From NCBI GenBank assembly GCA_965199855.1, contig OZ241326.1:448001-512000 (forward strand): a stretch of 64,000 nt of DNA, in the 5' to 3' direction. The notes beneath the pieces are model-generated. The model did not search any database. It was not told the origin of the DNA and saw nothing but the letters and a program-made list of their open reading frames with translations. The position numbers and the translations under genes are program-made. Below, piece by piece: positions 57,238 through 64,000 of the stretch (position 1 is the first letter of the stretch; each line of letters begins with the position of its first letter). Origin of the DNA: a bacterium. Lineage in GTDB: Bacteria > UBA8248.

Positions 57238-57720
57238 ATGGCTTCGGGCAGGACGCTCTATCTGGCGAGTCCCTACGGGTTTTCCGCACAGCAGCGCGCG
57301 GGGCCCCTGAAGGCGCTCGTGGAGGCGCTCGAGGCGGCCGGCGCCGAGGTGTGGGAGCCGTTCTCCCGCAACAACCAGCCCGAGCGGCTGGCGCGCCCCG
57401 GCTGGGCCTGGCGCGTCGGGCAGGACGACAAGCGCGACGTGCGCGCGGCCGCCGGCTTCTTCGGGGTGGTGAACGGCTGCCCGCCGGACGAGGGGGTGAT
57501 GGTGGAGCTCGGCATGGCCATCGCCTGGGAGAAGCCCGTCTTCCTGTTTCGGGATGATTTTCGCCGCTGCACCGACTGCGAGGGCTATCCCCTGAACCTC
57601 ATGCTGTTCACCGGCCTGCCGGAGCGCGGCTGGGAAGCCTACTTCTACGCCTCTGTCGAGCAGATCGCCGACCCCGACAAGGCGCTCGCGCGCTGGCTGC
57701 GGGGCGAGCCCCTGCCGTGA
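57238..57720 (+). CDS. Nucleoside 2-deoxyribosyltransferase family protein
   Basis: YLASP, DEGVMVELGMA, NLML. Confidence 0.85.
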   Translation: MASGRTLYLASPYGFSAQQRAGPLKALVEALEAAGAEVWEPFSRNNQPERLARPGWAWRVGQDDKRDVRAAAGFFGVVNGCPPDEGVMVELGMAIAWEKPVFLFRDDFRRCTDCEGYPLNLMLFTGLPERGWEAYFYASVEQIADPDKALARWLRGEPLP

Positions 57721-57735
57721 GGGGAGCGCGCCGGG

Positions 57736-58929
57736 CTAGTATTTTCCGATGGCCTCGAAGTCCGGCTCGATGGCCCATTCGCCGGCTGCCGCTTTTGAAA
57801 GTTTGATAAAACCAAATTCTCTCAAGCGGAACAATTCCCTGACGGAAGTTCTTCCGGATACGTTTTTATAGATTTCCCGAATATAGGGAGATACGAGGAA
57901 GGTTCTCACGTCAAGCGCTTTCGAGGGATGATCTGAAAACGGGTCGTCCGGCTCCGTCTCCGAGATGAGAGAATCGAGAAGATTGTATTCCCTCTCGTTA
58001 ATCAGGCGTCTTCGTTCGGATATCTTTTTCCGGCGCGCCTGGGCGAGCATGTTTCGATAGACCACCCGGTTCAGCTTCGCCTTGATGAAGTTGTTGATTC
58101 CCCGGAGCTCCTCCGCGAAGCCTCGCAGACCGAAACCGACGAACGGCGTCAGGTCGAACGGCTGTCTTTCCCTGCATTTTTGGAGCAGCGTCTTGTATTC
58201 GCTCTCGTTTCGATAGAAATAATTCGACAGCCCGTAGAATCCGTGAACGTTGTATCCTCCCTGGAACAGTATGCCCGCCTCCGCGAGACGGGAGGTTCTG
58301 CCGTTGCCGTCCCCGAAGGGATGGAGCGTCACCAGGAAAAAATGCGCCAGCAGCGCCCGGATGGCGGGATGCTCCGCCGCCATCCGATCTGACCTCAGAA
58401 GCCCGATGTATTCGTCCATCAGAGCCGGCAGACGCTCATGCGGCGCGCCCCTGTGGACGCCTCCAAGCAAGGGGCTTCCGACTGTGACGGAAAAGTTTCT
58501 CAGGCTTCCGGGCGCGTTGTTGGTCGTGTCCTCGTTCTCGGTGATCATCTCGTGCATTCGCAGGATATCGGAGAGCGCGAAAGGGGCGCTGTCGGGCTGG
58601 AACCTCTCCTGAACCCATTTTTGCGCGGCCCCGGCGTTTCGTATCTGGATTTGCTCCCGGCTGGGCTTTGCGCCGGGAGGATCCGCGGCCGACTCCTCCT
58701 GAATCTCGATTTGTCTTGAGACCTCGGCTTCCGAGAGGGGGTTTCCCTCTATGGCCGTGGTGCCGTGAACCGCGCGAACGCGGTTCAGCCTGTTCAGCGC
58801 GTCTCGCCAGTCGGGAGGAAGAATGAGGCGGCTCATCGCCGCTTCCCGGGACGCTTCTATGGCGACGATGAGGTTTATGAGTCCCGAATGGTCGTAGCGG
58901 TATTCAAAACGGAATTTCTCCCAATCCAT
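57736..58929 (-). CDS. Fic family protein (class II, N-terminal inhibitory motif)
   Basis: HPFGDGNGRTSR catalytic motif, TTAIEGN inhibitory helix, possible C-terminal wHTH; lower GC. Confidence 0.92.
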   Translation of the reverse strand: MDWEKFRFEYRYDHSGLINLIVAIEASREAAMSRLILPPDWRDALNRLNRVRAVHGTTAIEGNPLSEAEVSRQIEIQEESAADPPGAKPSREQIQIRNAGAAQKWVQERFQPDSAPFALSDILRMHEMITENEDTTNNAPGSLRNFSVTVGSPLLGGVHRGAPHERLPALMDEYIGLLRSDRMAAEHPAIRALLAHFFLVTLHPFGDGNGRTSRLAEAGILFQGGYNVHGFYGLSNYFYRNESEYKTLLQKCRERQPFDLTPFVGFGLRGFAEELRGINNFIKAKLNRVVYRNMLAQARRKKISERRRLINEREYNLLDSLISETEPDDPFSDHPSKALDVRTFLVSPYIREIYKNVSGRTSVRELFRLREFGFIKLSKAAAGEWAIEPDFEAIGKY

Positions 58930-59221
58930 TTTTCACCCTCTTTTTGACACGTTATTTGACATATAATTACGCATTTCCTTTGTCTATCTAACTATATGAA
59001 TATAATTGTTTTGTCAATTTATATCTGAAAAATTCACCCTTTATTTGTCGTTATTTGTCGTATTATTTGGCGCGCTGTTTGACGAATATCGCCACCGCTC
59101 ACGCGGCGGTTCGGGCGGGCGGTGGCGGCTCCGCCCGCATCGATCCATACTCCGGGCAGGGCGCTTGACCATCCGCTTTCCCGAGGCCGACCTGGCTTGC
59201 GATTGATGCGAGTGATGAAAA

Positions 59222-59956
59222 ATGCCTGATCCCGCCGTTTTTGTGACCGGAACGGGAACCGGCGTCGGCAAGACGGTGGCGGGTTGCGTCATCGCGGCGC
59301 GCTGGGCGGCGCGGGGACGAACCCCCCGTGTGATGAAGCCCGCCGAGTCGGGCTGCGCGGCGGAGGCGGGGCGCCTCATCCCCCGGGACGCCCTGGCGCT
59401 GAGGAGTGCCTCGGGCGACGCGCGGCCGTTGGAGGAGATTTGTCCCTGCAGATACCGCGCGCCTCTCGCGCCCGCCCACGCCGCCGAGCGCGAAGGCGCG
59501 CCGCCGGACATCGCGCGGCTCGCCGCCTCGATTGCGACGCTGAGAAAAGAGGACGGCCCCCTCCTCGTCGAGGGCGCGGGCGGCCTGCTCGCGCCTTTGG
59601 CTCCGGGCGTCTTCATGCTCGATTTGGCGAAGCGCAGCGGTCTTCCCCTGCTCATCGTCGCCCCGCTGGGGCTGGGCGCCATCAACCACACCCTGCTGAC
59701 CGCGCGGGAGGCCAGGAGAGGGGGGCTTGAAATCGCGGGCGTCATCCTCTCCGACGTGGATGGGGAGGCGACGCCCGCCGCCGCGCGAAACCCGGCGGCC
59801 ATCGAGGAGCTTTGCGGGGAGGACGCGCCGCTTCTGGGCGTGATTCCCCACCTGGCGGGAGCGGATGAGACTCTCCCTCGCGCCGCGCCGGGCTCCGCCG
59901 CCGCGGGGCGGCTCCTCGCTCTCGCGCGGAATTTGAGGCTCGACGCGCTCGGGTAG
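59222..59956 (+). CDS. bioD: Dethiobiotin synthase
   Basis: VTGTGTGVGKT, KPAESG, VEGAGG, LGAINHTLLT. Confidence 0.93.
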   Translation: MPDPAVFVTGTGTGVGKTVAGCVIAARWAARGRTPRVMKPAESGCAAEAGRLIPRDALALRSASGDARPLEEICPCRYRAPLAPAHAAEREGAPPDIARLAASIATLRKEDGPLLVEGAGGLLAPLAPGVFMLDLAKRSGLPLLIVAPLGLGAINHTLLTAREARRGGLEIAGVILSDVDGEATPAAARNPAAIEELCGEDAPLLGVIPHLAGADETLPRAAPGSAAAGRLLALARNLRLDALG

Positions 59957-60074
59957 GGCGTCCGGGATTCGGTTTTTTCGGGCTGATCGCGCCGGCTTTT
60001 CCCGTCTCGCGTGAAGATGCGGCCCCGGAGCTCCTTACAGCGGGCGCGCCGGATGAGTTCGACGCGGCGGCTCC

Positions 60075-61064
60075 CTACCTCGCCAGGACGCGCTCGCGCA
60101 GGGCGCTCACCTGCTCGGGCTCGCCGAGGGCGTAGAGGCGATCTCCCGCCTGGATGACGAAGTCGGCCCCCGGGTTGAACTTCATCTTCCCGCTCCGGTT
60201 GCGGATGGAGAGGAGATGGACGCCGGTGTCCTGGCTTATTCTCGATTCGCGGAGCGCTATGCCGACGAGGTCCGACCCCGCGGGCACGCTCACCTCCTCG
60301 AAGTCGAGATCCGCCGTCGCGTGGCCGGTCACCTCGTCGAGGAAGCCCGCGAGCTTGGGCCGCAGAACCGCCTGCGCCATGCGCATCCCGCCCATGATGT
60401 AGGGCGAGATCACCCGATCCGCTCCCGCCGCCTCCATCTTGGCGATGGAGCTCTCCCGCGCGGCGCGGCTCAGGATGAAGAGGCCGGGGTGCAGCGCCCG
60501 CGCCGTGAGGGTGACGAACACGTTCTCGGCGTCCGTGGGCAGGGCGCAGACGAGGCTTTTCGCCTTCTTCACGTTCGCCTTGATGAGCGTCTCGTCGTCC
60601 GTGGCGTCGCCGAGAATGACGAGGCGTCCCTCCTGGTCGAGGCGCGCGGCGGCCGCATCGTCGTTCTCGATGATGACGAAGGGCAGGGATTCCCTCGCGT
60701 ATTCTCTCGCCACGATGAAGCCGATGCGCCCGTAGCCGCAGATGATGTGATGATCCTCGAGTCTTCCGAGCTCTTTCACCAGTTTTCGCCTCCCGAAAAT
60801 TTGACGGATCCGGCCCTCGACCCTCGTCTCGGCGATGCTCGCGGTGGCGTAGAACGCGGCGCCCACGCTTGAGATCAGAACCGCCACGGTGAACATGCGG
60901 CCCGTCGCGCTCAGCTCGCGCACCTCGCCGTAGCCCACCGTCGTGAAGCTGATTATCGTCATGTAGAAGGCCTCGGAGAGCGGCCACCCCTCGATGAGGA
61001 CGTAGCCGATCGTCCCGAGGATGATGACGCCGACGATAAGCGCGAGGAGGCTGAGGATTTGCAA
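60075..61064 (-). CDS. Potassium channel with RCK (TrkA-N/TrkA-C) domains
   Basis: TTVGYG selectivity filter, ICGYGRIG, GDAT; TTG start. Confidence 0.93.
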   Translation of the reverse strand: MQILSLLALIVGVIILGTIGYVLIEGWPLSEAFYMTIISFTTVGYGEVRELSATGRMFTVAVLISSVGAAFYATASIAETRVEGRIRQIFGRRKLVKELGRLEDHHIICGYGRIGFIVAREYARESLPFVIIENDDAAAARLDQEGRLVILGDATDDETLIKANVKKAKSLVCALPTDAENVFVTLTARALHPGLFILSRAARESSIAKMEAAGADRVISPYIMGGMRMAQAVLRPKLAGFLDEVTGHATADLDFEEVSVPAGSDLVGIALRESRISQDTGVHLLSIRNRSGKMKFNPGADFVIQAGDRLYALGEPEQVSALRERVLAR

Positions 61065-61178
61065 GGGCTTGCGCGCCTTCCCTGAATGCCTGCGGAGAGC
61101 CGCTCCGAATTCCCTGAATCGGCCGATTCTAACCGCGTCCGCCGGACGATTTCCAGAGGGGGCGGCTCCGGGGAAGCC

Positions 61179-62132
61179 TCAGCGGCCGCGGGGCGGGCCG
61201 GCCTTCCGGTCTCTCCTCGTCAAGTCGAACAGCGCGCGTCCGAGCCTCTCCTTGGCCTCGGCGCGGACGGGCTCCGTCGCCTCCGAGAACGCCGCGCGCT
61301 CCTCCTCCGTCAGGTCCTCGAAGGAGACGCCCTCCCCCTCCATGCTTCGGCGAATCGCCTCCTCCTCCGCCCGTGCGGCCTCTCTCTGGAAGGCGACGGC
61401 CTCGCGGAGGCAGGCGCGCGCCGCGGCTTGGACGGGCCCGGGCCAGGCGTCGAAGCTTTCCCGATGGACGAGCAGGGCGCGCGCGCCGTAGAAGTGCCCG
61501 CTCATCGTGACGTGCCCGTGATGCTTCGAGACGCCGTAGGTCGCGGTGTTGGAGAGCGGGTTTTCCTGCGCGTTCACCTGGCCGGACTCGATCATGGCGA
61601 TTCCCTCGCTGAGCTCCACGGGAACGGGCTCGGAGCCCAGGAGCTCGAACGTCCGCGCGTGCGCCTCGTTGGGCTGGAGGCGGACGCGCAGCCCCCGGCA
61701 GTCCCCGGGCGTTCGCACGGGGCGGACGCTGTTCGAGAGGTGGCGGAATCCGTTGTCCCAGAAGCCCGGGCACCGGTAGCCTGTTCGCGCCTCGATTCCC
61801 CGGGCGAGGCGCGCGCCGAGCGCGCCGTCCAGCGCCTCCCGGGCATGGGCGGAGTCCTCGAAGACGAAGGGCAGGTCGATGACTTCGAGCTCGGGCGCCC
61901 TCTCCGCGAGATAGCTCGTCGAGAAGTAGCACATCGTGAGCAGTCCGCACTCCACGAGGGAGAGCAGGTCGGCCGCGCGGTAGCCGAAGTCCATCACGTT
62001 CCAGAAGAGGTCGATTCTCGCGTCCGCGCCCAGCCGCGCGAGCATCTTCTCCCTGAAGAGCGCCATCGCGCGGCTGTGGGTGGTCCCGGGCGGGGAATAG
62101 CCCCCGATGCGGATGCGAACCGGCTCCGTCAT
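61179..62132 (-). CDS. TRAP transporter substrate-binding protein (DctP family)
   Basis: DLPFVF, DNGFRH, GLRVR, AQENP; no obvious signal peptide. Confidence 0.85.
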   Translation of the reverse strand: MTEPVRIRIGGYSPPGTTHSRAMALFREKMLARLGADARIDLFWNVMDFGYRAADLLSLVECGLLTMCYFSTSYLAERAPELEVIDLPFVFEDSAHAREALDGALGARLARGIEARTGYRCPGFWDNGFRHLSNSVRPVRTPGDCRGLRVRLQPNEAHARTFELLGSEPVPVELSEGIAMIESGQVNAQENPLSNTATYGVSKHHGHVTMSGHFYGARALLVHRESFDAWPGPVQAAARACLREAVAFQREAARAEEEAIRRSMEGEGVSFEDLTEEERAAFSEATEPVRAEAKERLGRALFDLTRRDRKAGPPRGR

Positions 62133-62339
62133 GGCTGGATGCGCTCCCTCGCTGTCGGAGGCGCGGGAGAACGCGCGCCCCTGGAGGCGCGACCATACCA
62201 CATCCCCACCGCGCCGATGAAGAATCTCGGGCGCTTCTCCCCCGGCGCGGCGCCGAAGCGCCCTCGCCCCTTGACGCGCTCGCGGCGGTCGTGCATGTTC
62301 CGCTTTCGGGTGAATCCTTTGAGCCGGGGAGAGGGAAAC

Positions 62340-62945
62340 ATGTCTTCACTTCAGTCCCAGATTTTCGTGCAAACCGCTTCCGCCTCGCTGAGCCGCCTGA
62401 CGAGAGACCTCCAGCGGAAATACGAGCCCAAGAAGGGGGATCGGTTCAACGTCGGGGGCATCACCTACGAGATAGGCCCCCCGAAGTTCGTGGACGCGGA
62501 CAGGGCGATTCGCTTCGAGATCAGCTCGAAGATACCGGGCGAGGAGCTGCCGGACTCCTGCGACCACGCCAGATACTTCAAGCGGATCGAGAAGCGCAAC
62601 GCGTCGCCGAAGAAGCCCGTCTCCGCCGACATGGAGAACATCGTCCGCGAGACGCGCGACCAGGAGCGGAAGGAGAGGGACTACGTGAAGCTCACCTACC
62701 AGTACGGGGAGGAGGAGCTCTACGACGACGGGGAGGCGCTCAGGGAGATTGAGGAGATGGCGAAGGGCGCGGACGGCAAGGAGGTGCCCCCCAGGGTGCC
62801 CGGCGTCACCACCCTGGCCGGCCGCCTCATCGTCCAGCAGATGCAGTCCTCCCTCTACGAGGCGGCGCGGGAGAACGTCGAATCCCTCATCGCCGCGAAC
62901 GAGAAGGTGCGCTCCGAACTCAAGAAGAGCAAGAGGAAGAAGTAG
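62340..62945 (+). CDS. Hypothetical protein
   Basis: MSSLQSQIFVQ... 201 aa, GAGGG RBS, host-like codon usage. Confidence 0.75.
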   Translation: MSSLQSQIFVQTASASLSRLTRDLQRKYEPKKGDRFNVGGITYEIGPPKFVDADRAIRFEISSKIPGEELPDSCDHARYFKRIEKRNASPKKPVSADMENIVRETRDQERKERDYVKLTYQYGEEELYDDGEALREIEEMAKGADGKEVPPRVPGVTTLAGRLIVQQMQSSLYEAARENVESLIAANEKVRSELKKSKRKK

Positions 62946-62954
62946 CCCCGCGCC

Positions 62955-64000
62955 ATGGCCCTGCGCCTTGCGGGCTTGACGGTTTGCGCCCCGCTCGAGA
63001 GAATCACGGACGCCCTCCTCGTCGTCGAGGGGGGCGTTTTCGCTTACGCGGGGCCGCGCGGGGCGCGTCCCGCGCCGCCGGACGCCCCGACGCTGGACAT
63101 GGGCGGCGCGCTGGCGTGCCCGGGCTTCGTGGATCTCCAGGTCAACGGCCTGGGGGCGGACGCGGCGCTCTCGGCGGACGCAGCCGGTCTCGGGCGCATC
63201 GCCCGCGCGCTGGCGCGGCGCGGGACGGCCGCCTTTCTGCCCACCCTCACGACGGCTTCCCGGGAGGAGCTGGTTCGCGCGGCCGGCGCGGCGCGGGAAG
63301 CGTGGGCGCTTCAGGGGGACGGGGGCGCGCCCGAGGCGCGCATCCTGGGCGTTCACCTGGAGGGGCCCTATCTCTCGCCCCGCATGAGGGGGGCGCATCC
63401 GGCCGAGCGCCTCCGCGCGCCCTGCCGGGAGGAGGTGGAGGAGATCGCCCGCGCCGCCGGCGGGATGGGGGCGGGCGGCGCGCCCGGCCTGGCCATGGTG
63501 ACGCTCTCCCCGGAGGCGGGCGGCGCGGCCGGCTTCGCCCGCTGGCTCTCGGAGCGCGGCGTCGTTCCCGCCATGGGGCACACGGCGGCCGACGCCGCCT
63601 CGGTGGAGGCGTTCCTCGAGGCGGGCGGCGCGTTCGCCGTTCACGCCTTCAACCGCTACGGGAGTCCGCCCGCGCGCAGAAGCACCTCGCCCATGGATTT
63701 CGTGCAGGGCGATCCGAGGCTCTTCGCCGGCCTCATCGCCGACGGGACGCACGTGGCGCCCCGCGCAGTCGCCTCCTTCGCGCGCGCGAGGGGCTGGGAG
63801 CGGACGGTTCTGACCTCCGACCTGACGGCCGACGCGGGGCTGCGCCCCCGCGCGGGCGAGGCGCCCGCCGAGGCGCGCGGCGACGCCGTGACGCGCGGAG
63901 GCGTTTTGAGCGGCAGCCGCCTGACGCTCTCGGAGACGCTGCCCCGCTTTCGGGAATGGAGCGGCCTCGACGCGGCCCGCGCCCTGGCGGCGGCGACGCG
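62955..64000 (+). CDS. nagA: N-acetylglucosamine-6-phosphate deacetylase, runs off the window end
   Basis: Manual translation: PGFVDLQVNG, GTAAFLPT, GVHLEGPYL...GAH, MVTLSPE, MGHT, HAFN, IADGTHV. Confidence 0.88.
   Translation, partial: MALRLAGLTVCAPLERITDALLVVEGGVFAYAGPRGARPAPPDAPTLDMGGALACPGFVDLQVNGLGADAALSADAAGLGRIARALARRGTAAFLPTLTTASREELVRAAGAAREAWALQGDGGAPEARILGVHLEGPYLSPRMRGAHPAERLRAPCREEVEEIARAAGGMGAGGAPGLAMVTLSPEAGGAAGFARWLSERGVVPAMGHTAADAASVEAFLEAGGAFAVHAFNRYGSPPARRSTSPMDFVQGDPRLFAGLIADGTHVAPRAVASFARARGWERTVLTSDLTADAGLRPRAGEAPAEARGDAVTRGGVLSGSRLTLSETLPRFREWSGLDAARALAAAT

Overview
High-GC bacterial chromosomal window made up mostly of housekeeping and metabolic genes: an A1-type cytochrome c oxidase cluster (coxB-coxA-ctaA-ctaB), tRNA-Arg(ACG), a Na+/solute symporter cluster, tandem-domain thyX, an RND pump, a CoA-transferase, aroE, mreB, fbp/aldolase, bioD and nagA. 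Several accessory elements interrupt it. (1) A defence islet with a fused type IIG-like restriction-modification gene followed by a lower-GC three-gene HicA-DUF3467-HicB toxin-antitoxin module; the antitoxin has an unusual degron-like tail. (2) A ~2.35 kb non-coding mosaic array of about 33 REP-like hairpins of several classes, next to a large autotransporter and a REP-flanked His/Met-repeat protein. (3) A lower-GC four-gene cassette, Vsr / MORC-type ATPase-histidine kinase fusion / receiver-effector / C5 DNA methyltransferase, with no restriction nuclease. (4) A PrdB/GrdB-like selenoprotein hidden by an in-frame UGA, with a SECIS-like hairpin. (5) A ~130-bp element (21-bp tandem repeats plus an IHF-consensus site) present twice in inverted orientation. 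All calls come from reading motifs by eye; no searches were run, and start codons were chosen by eye.
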